Virus record (IMG/VR): IMGVR_UViG_3300019776_000961
Coordinates: 96,001 to 160,000 of that record
Length of the DNA stretch: 64,000 bases
Reading direction: 5' to 3' (one strand)
Origin: a virus
A program made the translations under genes and the position numbers. Below, in pieces: positions 56,661-64,000 of this stretch. Each line of letters begins with the position of its first letter. The stretch's first letter is position 1. Under the pieces are notes generated by a model. That model had not been told where the DNA came from, did not search any database, and saw only the letters and a program-made list of their open reading frames with translations.

Positions 56661-57656
56661 ATGAAGACAGCATTAGTATTAGGAGCCGGTGGCTTTATCG
56701 GTAATCATCTTGTTAACCGCCTCAAAGACGAAGGTTATTGGGTGCGTGGAGTTGATTTAAAATATAATGAATATCAGGAAACAAGAGCTGATGATTTTGT
56801 AATTGGTGATTTAACTGATACTTTAGTAGTGAGAAATGTTATGTGGGCACCAGAGCAAAAAAGCTATACTGAAGGTTCATTTGATGAAGTTTATCAACTC
56901 GCAGCTGATATGGGCGGCGCAGGTTATATTTTTAGCGGTGAGAATGATGCAAATGTTATGCACAATTCTGCAACAATTAATCTTAACGTTGCTGATACAG
57001 CTGTAAAGAATAATATTAAGAAGCTATTTTACAGTAGTAGTGCGTGTATGTATCCTGAGCATAATCAGTTAGATCCTAATAACCCAAACTGTGAAGAGAG
57101 TAGTGCATATCCTGCTAATCCTGATAGTGAATACGGCTGGGAAAAACTTTTTAGTGAGAGACTATTTCTCGCATATAATCGAAATTATAAGCTGAATGTG
57201 CGCATTGCACGCTTTCATAATATCTTTGGACCAAAGGGTTCGTGGAATAACGGTAAGGAAAAGTCACCAGCAGCAATATGTCGTAAGGTAGCTCAGGCAA
57301 GGACTGGTGAAGAAATAGAGATCTGGGGTGATGGTGAACAGACACGTAGCTTCCTTTACATAGACGAATGTCTTGAGGGTGTTCGTCGTTTAATGAATCA
57401 AGATGAATTTCTCGGCCCTGTTAATATTGGATCTGATGAAATGGTCACAATTAACAAACTAGCAGATATCGCATGTGAAATCGGAGGTAAAACACTTGTA
57501 AAGAAGCACATACCTGGTCCCCTCGGAGTGCGTGGTAGAAACTCTGATAACAATCTTATTTTTGCTAAACTTGGATGGAAGCCAACTCTTTCACTAAAAG
57601 AAGGTTTAACAAAAACTTACAACTGGATTAACGAGCAAGTTCATTTACAATCGTAG
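56661..57656 (+). CDS. GDP-mannose 3,5-epimerase-like SDR
   Basis: GAGGFIG.HL..RLK.EGYWVRGVDLK, QLAADMGG.G, SSACMYP, YGWEKL, RFHNIFGP, GVRGRNSDN. Confidence 0.9.
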   Translation: MKTALVLGAGGFIGNHLVNRLKDEGYWVRGVDLKYNEYQETRADDFVIGDLTDTLVVRNVMWAPEQKSYTEGSFDEVYQLAADMGGAGYIFSGENDANVMHNSATINLNVADTAVKNNIKKLFYSSSACMYPEHNQLDPNNPNCEESSAYPANPDSEYGWEKLFSERLFLAYNRNYKLNVRIARFHNIFGPKGSWNNGKEKSPAAICRKVAQARTGEEIEIWGDGEQTRSFLYIDECLEGVRRLMNQDEFLGPVNIGSDEMVTINKLADIACEIGGKTLVKKHIPGPLGVRGRNSDNNLIFAKLGWKPTLSLKEGLTKTYNWINEQVHLQS

Positions 57657-57657
57657 T

Positions 57658-58245
57658 ATGATTGTAACAGATATTAAAAACTACGACGGAAGTATTCTAC
57701 ACTCACGATTTGCTTACAAGTACTTTCGTGACAGAACACTACCTATTGGTAATATTATTGCTTTCCGTGCACCTATGCATGTAGAGGCTGAGGGTATGAT
57801 TGACACAGAGGATGTACTCAATAATGATTATATCTATAGTGATGATGCAATTAATTTTTTATGGGAGATCCCTAATCTAGATTCTTTCGGTGCTGTCGCG
57901 TACCAGAGACTCCTCAATACACAGATTGCGAATATTCTAAGTATAAAGTACTTGAGAGCTCCCATTGAAGTTGATGGTGATGACCTTATTGTATATAAGG
58001 AGCATAATCAAGGCGGTGTCACACAGGTAAAGGGTAAGTGTAGTGTAAGTATTACCTATTCAAAGAATAATGTAGCTCTTGGACACACAGGTATTAATAT
58101 TGAAGCTGGAAAGAAGGCACCTGCCTTTGCATTCTCTACAAGACTTGGTGATACAGAAGCAGAAGAGTTGATGAAGACAGTAATTGATATCTTTTATAAG
58201 ATGAATGAAGATATCTTCCTCGCTACTACAAAGGTTATTAGCTAA
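57658..58245 (+). CDS. DUF366-family protein (lipoate/biotin-ligase-like fold)
   Basis: YDGS.LH.RFAY, IIAFR.P, MIDTED, QRLL, GDDL, K.SVSI, HTGINI. Confidence 0.8.
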   Translation: MIVTDIKNYDGSILHSRFAYKYFRDRTLPIGNIIAFRAPMHVEAEGMIDTEDVLNNDYIYSDDAINFLWEIPNLDSFGAVAYQRLLNTQIANILSIKYLRAPIEVDGDDLIVYKEHNQGGVTQVKGKCSVSITYSKNNVALGHTGINIEAGKKAPAFAFSTRLGDTEAEELMKTVIDIFYKMNEDIFLATTKVIS

Positions 58246-58608
58246 GTGACGATATTTGATGTTATTGCGAGCGTTCTTTTCAAGAACAAAAAGAATTGTC
58301 TAACATCTCATGATGAAGAGAGTACATTCTCACCATACCTTGTTAATAGGTGGGCAAGTATGTATTCTCCTCAGCTTGCAAAAGAAGCAAATACTTTAAA
58401 CAAGTATGTTGGTATCTTTGAGAATAAACTCGATCTTTATAATCTATTTGTTGCTTATTATTCAAAAGTTTCACCCAAAAAAATTCAATACTTTAAGAAG
58501 GTAAAGAAAACAAATGATGAAGAAGATCAGACAATTGCATTATATGCAAAGAATCTCGAACTATCAAAGCGTGAAATAAATGAATACATTGCCTTTTTAA
58601 AAAATTAA
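58246..58608 (+). CDS. gp62: Clamp loader small subunit
   Basis: FSPYLVNRWAS...AN.LN...K...FKK pattern of T4-like gp62. Confidence 0.7.
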   Translation: MTIFDVIASVLFKNKKNCLTSHDEESTFSPYLVNRWASMYSPQLAKEANTLNKYVGIFENKLDLYNLFVAYYSKVSPKKIQYFKKVKKTNDEEDQTIALYAKNLELSKREINEYIAFLKN

Positions 58609-58620
58609 ATAAGTTCTTAT

Positions 58621-59085
58621 ATGTCTATCTCTATTGATAATTTAGCGCCACAGAAAAGTCTTATTGACTTTTCCGCTTTACCAAAAAATTCTTTTAATTC
58701 AGTTTTCTACGGTTACAATCTTAAGCAAGTTCTTGACGATATATTGCTCGTTAACTACGTTGATCAAACAGACGACGGTCGTGAAATTATACGTAATGGT
58801 ATTCACGTGCCTGTAAATGCTGAAACAAAGGCATGGAGAATTGGTAAGGTTATTCTAGCTGGACCGAACGTTCGTTTTACGAAGGTTGATGACTATGTCT
58901 GCTTTCCCAATAACCTAGGTGTACCGGTCGCTAATCTTGATATTGATGGTTACGGTACATTAAACTCTGGAATCTTTCTAAACGAACAACGCATTTTTGG
59001 TATTTGTTCTGTACGTACTGACGATAATGAAAGTGTCGCTGCCCACATTAAAAAATCTTCTACTAAGCAACGTCGCAGAGATTAA
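58621..59085 (+). CDS. groES: GroES-like co-chaperonin (gp31 role)
   Basis: DILLV, NGIHVP, GKVILAGP, VDDYV; late box upstream. Confidence 0.75.
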   Translation: MSISIDNLAPQKSLIDFSALPKNSFNSVFYGYNLKQVLDDILLVNYVDQTDDGREIIRNGIHVPVNAETKAWRIGKVILAGPNVRFTKVDDYVCFPNNLGVPVANLDIDGYGTLNSGIFLNEQRIFGICSVRTDDNESVAAHIKKSSTKQRRRD

Positions 59086-59404
59086 GTTCTATCGTCGTCG
59101 GCTTAAGCCGGGATCATCTCCTACAAGGAGAATGCTCTGTACGAATTCACTCAATTTACTCAATAGTGTTGAAGGTCGTCTCGCTTTAAACTATAGACGC
59201 GCTATCAACATGCCGAAGTTTGATCCTACACAAAAAAATCTAGTTATAACGTGGGATATTATAATGCAGGATTATCGATGTATAAATGCAAGTGCGTGTG
59301 ACCTTATACAGGTAATACCAGCGAACAAGGAATTCTGGAAATTTTTTAACGAAAAGTTAGCTGGTATGTCAGCCCCAGAAAAAATTAATTTCATGAACGT
59401 ATGA
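59027..59404 (+). CDS. SH3/WYL-like hypothetical protein
   Basis: VAEIKF..R...RRMLCT...TWDI..QDYR.IN; likely start ATG 59027. Confidence 0.55.
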   Translation: MKVSLPTLKNLLLSNVAEIKFYRRRLKPGSSPTRRMLCTNSLNLLNSVEGRLALNYRRAINMPKFDPTQKNLVITWDIIMQDYRCINASACDLIQVIPANKEFWKFFNEKLAGMSAPEKINFMNV

Positions 59405-59748
59405 CATCAATAGATCAAATAGAAGAACATATTAAACCGCTTCTCCTCACTGAGACTACATTTACTCTCGAGGGTAAAAAAATAAAAGTCGGTCGCCTTA
59501 TTCTATTTTGCATACGTGATTTTTTCTGCGTTTTTACGTTTATCGATAGCGCAAAAAATAAGCGTACTACGTATGAGATACCTTATCCGTTTAGCATAGA
59601 AAAGGAAAATAATAATTTAATTTTCGATTATACTATTGAGGCGTTTAGTGAAAAAAACGCAGAAATACAAGCTCAGGCAAACGCTTTGCAGTTTCAGAAA
59701 GTTTCAAAACTTTTTAATAAAAAACTCATTGTTACTTCGCGCATATAG
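59401..59748 (+). CDS. Hypothetical protein
   Basis: ATGA-coupled 115-aa ORF. Confidence 0.6.
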   Translation: MTSIDQIEEHIKPLLLTETTFTLEGKKIKVGRLILFCIRDFFCVFTFIDSAKNKRTTYEIPYPFSIEKENNNLIFDYTIEAFSEKNAEIQAQANALQFQKVSKLFNKKLIVTSRI

Positions 59749-59756
59749 TATATACT
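59729..59756 (+). promoter_or_regulatory. Sigma70-like promoter TTGTTA-N16-TATACT (DinG-like helicase)
   Basis: 6 nt before GTG 59763. Confidence 0.68.
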
Positions 59757-59762
59757 ATAATA

Positions 59763-61391
59763 GTGCGAAGCAGTTTAAAGACATTATTTCCAAGCGACTA
59801 CGTCCCGACGCAGCAACAAGCAAAACTTTTAGATAAGATTGATATAGGTCTTCAGAAAAACAAATTTGTAATTTGTTGTGCACCAACTGGCTCAGGTAAA
59901 AGTATGCTAGCGCGTACAATAGCTGAATTATCAGATGAACCTACAGATACAACCCGTGACCTAATAACAAGCTATAGAGCTTTTAAGCAAGACTTCTCCG
60001 GTCAGTTTATACACGAACAAGATTGCCTTGCTGAGCCAGCGTTTGGCTCCTTCGTACTCACAATTACTAAATCTCTTCAGGACCAATATCTTAGTCTTTT
60101 TGAAACTACAGATATCTTAAAAGGAAAATCAAATTATATATGTGCAGTAGACGATAACTTCATGGTAGATTTAGCACCGTGTACGTTTGCTTCATCTATT
60201 AAAGATGATTGCTGGGCTAAGAATAAATGCGGTTACTATACAGCAAGAAATAACGCACTGTTGTCAAGATTCGCTGCATTGAATTATAAGATGTTTCTTG
60301 CCCTGCCTAATCACGTTAAAAGAAAAAATGTTATTATATGTGACGAGGCCTCAGAATTAGAAGACGAATTAATAAGGCAATTTTCTGCTGAAATAATATA
60401 TGAGAAGTTAAAGCAGTGTGATATTAAACACAAACAACTCATCACAGATAATCAAGAGCGAGCTCGCGCTTGGATATACGAACTACTTGAACGTATAACT
60501 AACTCATTAGAGGATATTATGACAATCGCAGCAAAGACACCAACAATGTTGTCACGAGCTGAAAAAATTAAATTTCAGTATCTTAAAAATTTACACAAGT
60601 CGCTAACTACAATTGATTCCATGTGGGATAAATGTGAATATGTTATCGACGTTGATGCAAATAAAGTATCTTTTACACCTCTGAAAGCCGATTCTCTTGC
60701 ACGACATATTTTTGATTACGCAGATAAGGTGGTTCTCATGTCTGCAACGATCATCGATCATGTACATTATGCGCGTTCATTGGGTATAAAAGACTACACA
60801 TATGTAGAAGAGGAGAGCGGTTTTGATCCGAATAAATCACCTATCTATGTTTCTACAGCTCTTAAGCTCAACCATAAAAATCTAAAAACTGAATTACCAA
60901 AGGTATGCGAACAGATTCGACAGATTGTTGATCATCATAAGAACGAAAAAGGAATTATTCATACCCATACACAAGAGATAACGAACTTTCTTCAAGAACG
61001 CTTTTGCGATAGTGACAGGTATCTGTACCGTGATATAGTTACAAACAATGAGGCAATTCTTAAAGAACATAGCGCAAGAAAGGATCCAACAGTTCTCGTA
61101 TCACCATCACTAACATACGGGATTGATCTTAAGGATGACTTAGCTAGGTTTCAAATTATAATTAAACTGCCATTCCTTCCGTTAGGATCAAAGCGTATTA
61201 AGAAAATGTTTGAATTAGATAAGGTGTGGTATGAAAATAAAATGTTAAATGCTATCGTACAGGCCTGCGGAAGAGCGACTCGCAGTAAAGATGATCATTC
61301 TGTAACGTATATTCTCGATGGAAATTTCATTAACGTGCTGAGGAATGCAAAGAATAAGCTACCAAAGTATTTTATAGATAGAATACATTAA
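59763..61391 (+). CDS. DinG/XPD-like helicase
   Basis: APTGSGKS, LQDQY, LKGKSNY.C, DEAS, MSAT, GIDL, QACGRATRS.DD. Confidence 0.9.
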   Translation: MRSSLKTLFPSDYVPTQQQAKLLDKIDIGLQKNKFVICCAPTGSGKSMLARTIAELSDEPTDTTRDLITSYRAFKQDFSGQFIHEQDCLAEPAFGSFVLTITKSLQDQYLSLFETTDILKGKSNYICAVDDNFMVDLAPCTFASSIKDDCWAKNKCGYYTARNNALLSRFAALNYKMFLALPNHVKRKNVIICDEASELEDELIRQFSAEIIYEKLKQCDIKHKQLITDNQERARAWIYELLERITNSLEDIMTIAAKTPTMLSRAEKIKFQYLKNLHKSLTTIDSMWDKCEYVIDVDANKVSFTPLKADSLARHIFDYADKVVLMSATIIDHVHYARSLGIKDYTYVEEESGFDPNKSPIYVSTALKLNHKNLKTELPKVCEQIRQIVDHHKNEKGIIHTHTQEITNFLQERFCDSDRYLYRDIVTNNEAILKEHSARKDPTVLVSPSLTYGIDLKDDLARFQIIIKLPFLPLGSKRIKKMFELDKVWYENKMLNAIVQACGRATRSKDDHSVTYILDGNFINVLRNAKNKLPKYFIDRIH

Positions 61392-61397
61392 TAAATA
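61391..61397 (+). promoter_or_regulatory. Late promoter box ATAAATA
   Basis: 5 nt before the gp15 GTG. Confidence 0.7.
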
Positions 61398-61402
61398 ATT
61401 CT

Positions 61403-62212
61403 GTGCAGACTCAAACGTTTCACTTCGAGGTTAAGGATCTTCTTACGCAGTTTATAGCTGCGTTCGACGATATTATTATTAATCGCTACGATAAAAATAG
61501 AAACGTTGTAAGTAAACTACAAGTACGTTATGTTTATTCACCTAAGCAGCGTGTTATATATGATCTTGTTAATAAAGCTCAGAACATAACTATACCTGTT
61601 GTCTCCATTAGTATTAGTAATATCTCAAGAGATGAAAGCCGTGTTTTTAATAAGATCGGTGGTTATTTTTATGCTAAAGGAGCTAGTGATAATGACAAGT
61701 ATGCTACTTCTACCAGTTATAAGAGCCCGGTCCCTGTTAACATCGGCATTAACATGTCGATTCTTACTAAGTTCCAATCCGACATGGATCAAATTTTATC
61801 TAACTTCATTCCTTATAATAACCCATATATCATTCTCTCATGGAAGTTACCTGATGATGTAGCTACAGGTGGTTTTAGTGTACCGCAGGAAATTCGTAGT
61901 GAAGTGCTCTGGAGCGGGGATATATCTATGACGTACCCAACAGATATTAATGCTTCTGAAAAGTACAGAGTTGCCGGTGATACAACCTTTACAATAAAAG
62001 GATGGTTATTTCCGGCGCAGACAAACGATGTTGGCAATATTTTCTATATTGATACACACTTCTATAATTCAAGAAACGTAACATTGTATAATGATCTATC
62101 TGGTGAGACGTTTACATACCCTGTTTCGACAGGTCTCGTAAGTGATCAAGATAACATTACAATTAACGGTTACCCGCAGATTACCAATACAGGGTTTAAT
62201 TTAAACAGTTAA
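61403..62212 (+). CDS. gp15: Tail sheath stabilizer / terminator
   Basis: FIAAFDDI.I.R, V.YVYSPKQR, PVPVNI...MSILTK...D..QI...F.PY. Confidence 0.85.
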   Translation: MQTQTFHFEVKDLLTQFIAAFDDIIINRYDKNRNVVSKLQVRYVYSPKQRVIYDLVNKAQNITIPVVSISISNISRDESRVFNKIGGYFYAKGASDNDKYATSTSYKSPVPVNIGINMSILTKFQSDMDQILSNFIPYNNPYIILSWKLPDDVATGGFSVPQEIRSEVLWSGDISMTYPTDINASEKYRVAGDTTFTIKGWLFPAQTNDVGNIFYIDTHFYNSRNVTLYNDLSGETFTYPVSTGLVSDQDNITINGYPQITNTGFNLNS

Positions 62213-62233
62213 TTTGAGTTTCAACCCTTTCTT

Positions 62234-62241
62234 TATAAATA
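62234..62241 (+). promoter_or_regulatory. T4-type late promoter TATAAATA
   Basis: Upstream of the portal ATG 62257. Confidence 0.75.
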
Positions 62242-62256
62242 ATTATTGCTTTTATT

Positions 62257-64000
62257 ATGGCTGATTCAACAAACCCGGATAGAGAGAGTACATTTGGTCG
62301 TAGTTTGATGAGATATATCTCGTCTAAACTCCCGTATCAATCTCTTAGCGTACAGGACAGGATTGAGCAGCTAAACCCTAAATACGATACATTTTTTGAT
62401 AAAGGTACTCATAGAGATGAAGCACTAATAAGACAGTCCATCTCATCATCATTTCAAACAACTGATGATCTTTATGCAAATGTAATTCAAAACAAGGATT
62501 ACCATAATTTCATGTATGCCAATATCCAGCCGGATAAAGGCAAGAGATTAATGGATTATCGTGTTATGGCAGCTTTCTCCGAAGTTGCTGACGCATTAGA
62601 TGAGATATGTGATGAATTTATTAATAAGGACGAAAACGGAGAAATTATTAAACTTCGTTTTGTAGAATCTGAATTATCAGAGGAGCAAAAAACAAAAGTT
62701 AAGAAAGAATTTAGAAAGTATGTAAATTTCTTTGATCTCGAACATAACGGATGGGAGTACATTAGACAGCTTCTTGTTGACGCTGAGCTTTACTTTGAAC
62801 ATATCATACATAAGAAGCATCCGAAGGAAGGTATTCTCGGTGTCGTAATGGTGCCATCCGATGTTATTGATCCAATTTTAGAAAATGTACAGAACATGGT
62901 CGTAAAAGGTTATCTACTAAGAAAGCCAATTTATGATGCAAAGAACCCTGGTAAGGTCGCAAAAGTAGAGATGATACCTATGGACGTAAATCAAATTACG
63001 TACATTAATTCAGGTATTTGGAACGAATCAAAAACTTTACGTTTACCGTTTATTGAAAATGCAAGACGTGCTTATCGTCAGTTGAGTCTTATTGAAGACG
63101 CTATCGTCATTTATCGATTAGTGCGTGCGCCAGAGCGTCTCGTCTTTAACGTCGATGTAGGTACAATGGCACCTGCAAAAGCTGAAGCGTATTTACGTAA
63201 GCTCATGACCAATTACTGGTCAAAGCGTACTTACGATGCTAATCAAGGTGCTACTGTTCAGAAGTTCAATCCTCAGTCCATGCTTGATAGTTTTTGGTTT
63301 GCAAAGCGTCAAGGATCAGAAGGTACATCTGTTACTCAATTACAAGGTGGAGCTAACTTAGGTGAGTTGACTGACTTAATGTACTTTGTAAAGAAGCTCT
63401 ACAAGTCACTCAAAGTACCTGCGTCTCGTCTTAACCCTGAAGAACAGTTTAAAGACGGTATGGATATTCTTCGTGAAGAGTTAAAGTTTGCTCGCTTCAT
63501 TATAAGACAGCAGCAGCGTTTTGCAGAAGGTCTGAAGAATGGATTTGTAACTCATTTAAAACTTCGTGGCATCTGGGAAGAGCTAAAGCTTCGCGAGACA
63601 CATCTCGATTTACATTTCAACCCACCGACAAACTTTTACGAACTACGCGAGCAGCAAAAGCTACAGCTCAAAGTTGAAAGCTTCAATGGCATTACACAGA
63701 GTGACTTTGTATCAAAGACATACGCACAGAAACGCTACCTCGGATGGTCTGATTCTGACGTTATGGCTAATAGAGAGTTCCTTAGAAAGGATCGTGAACT
63801 TATGTGGGAGCTTGATCAGATTACTAACGGTGGACCCAATTGGGATGAAATGGGTACAGCAGCTCCAGGTCAGGCACCAGCAGGTGGCGGAGGCATTGGC
63901 GGTGCGCCATCTGAAACACCACCGGCGTTTGGGCCTGCACCAACTGGCGGTGAAGCTCCAGAAGCTGGTGCACCAGAAGCAGCTCCTGCAGAAGCACCGC
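62257..64000 (+). CDS. gp20: Portal protein (partial, runs off the right edge; absent from the ORF track)
   Basis: Manual translation from ATG 62257: YRVMAAFSEVADALDEICDE, LIEDAIVIYRLVRAPER.VF.VDVG, FWF..R.G..GT.VT.L.GG.NLGEL. Confidence 0.95.
   Translation, partial: MADSTNPDRESTFGRSLMRYISSKLPYQSLSVQDRIEQLNPKYDTFFDKGTHRDEALIRQSISSSFQTTDDLYANVIQNKDYHNFMYANIQPDKGKRLMDYRVMAAFSEVADALDEICDEFINKDENGEIIKLRFVESELSEEQKTKVKKEFRKYVNFFDLEHNGWEYIRQLLVDAELYFEHIIHKKHPKEGILGVVMVPSDVIDPILENVQNMVVKGYLLRKPIYDAKNPGKVAKVEMIPMDVNQITYINSGIWNESKTLRLPFIENARRAYRQLSLIEDAIVIYRLVRAPERLVFNVDVGTMAPAKAEAYLRKLMTNYWSKRTYDANQGATVQKFNPQSMLDSFWFAKRQGSEGTSVTQLQGGANLGELTDLMYFVKKLYKSLKVPASRLNPEEQFKDGMDILREELKFARFIIRQQQRFAEGLKNGFVTHLKLRGIWEELKLRETHLDLHFNPPTNFYELREQQKLQLKVESFNGITQSDFVSKTYAQKRYLGWSDSDVMANREFLRKDRELMWELDQITNGGPNWDEMGTAAPGQAPAGGGGIGGAPSETPPAFGPAPTGGEAPEAGAPEAAPAEAP

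Noticed and set aside
877-62762. Many short antisense or alternate-frame ORFs in the track (e.g. 6856-7383, 22375-22917, 24440-24862, 37948-38289, 62556-62762)
   Set aside because: They lie inside well-supported genes, have no promoter box at the expected spacing and no recognisable motifs; treated as shadow ORFs.
1-64000. tRNA, rRNA, CRISPR arrays or long direct repeats
   Set aside because: Intergenic gaps are mostly under 60 nt and I saw no cloverleaf or repeat-spacer pattern. tRNAscan/CRISPR tools were not run.
1-64000. Alternative genetic code (stop-codon reassignment)
   Set aside because: Core genes are full length under the standard code with near-complete coding density; the only split gene is explained by the intein.
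63840-64000. GC-richer repetitive stretch (GCA/CCA/GAA) at the right edge
   Set aside because: It is just the Ala/Pro/Gly/Glu low-complexity tail of the portal protein, not a separate repeat element.

Overview
This is a 64-kb fragment of a large, AT-rich, T4-superfamily (myovirus) bacteriophage genome, almost fully coding. It carries tail and head genes (tape-measure-like, gp26-like hubs, gp19, gp18, gp3, gp14, gp15, partial portal gp20) and replication, recombination and transcription genes (gp61, gp45, gp32, gp41, UvsX, gp43, gp46/47, gp55, UvsW/Y, gp62, DinG-like helicase, GroES). It also has a dispersed 7-deazaguanine pathway (folE, queD, queE, queC plus a stand-alone class-II glutamine amidotransferase) and an 8.3-kb GDP-sugar/glycosyltransferase island. 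The standout is the large terminase, split into two genes joined by an atypically split intein (43-aa IntN, 115-aa IntC ending His-Gln/Cys), with a free-standing GIY-YIG endonuclease between the halves. Two promoter classes can be read by eye: a gp55-type (TA)TAAATA box and a TTGAWW-like-N16-TATACT-like class. Both usually sit 5-8 nt from the start codon, implying largely leaderless mRNAs. Many late genes begin with a capsid-targeting-like peptide, suggesting a packaged enzyme payload. I found no tRNA, rRNA or CRISPR features. All family calls come from motif recognition by eye, not database searches.
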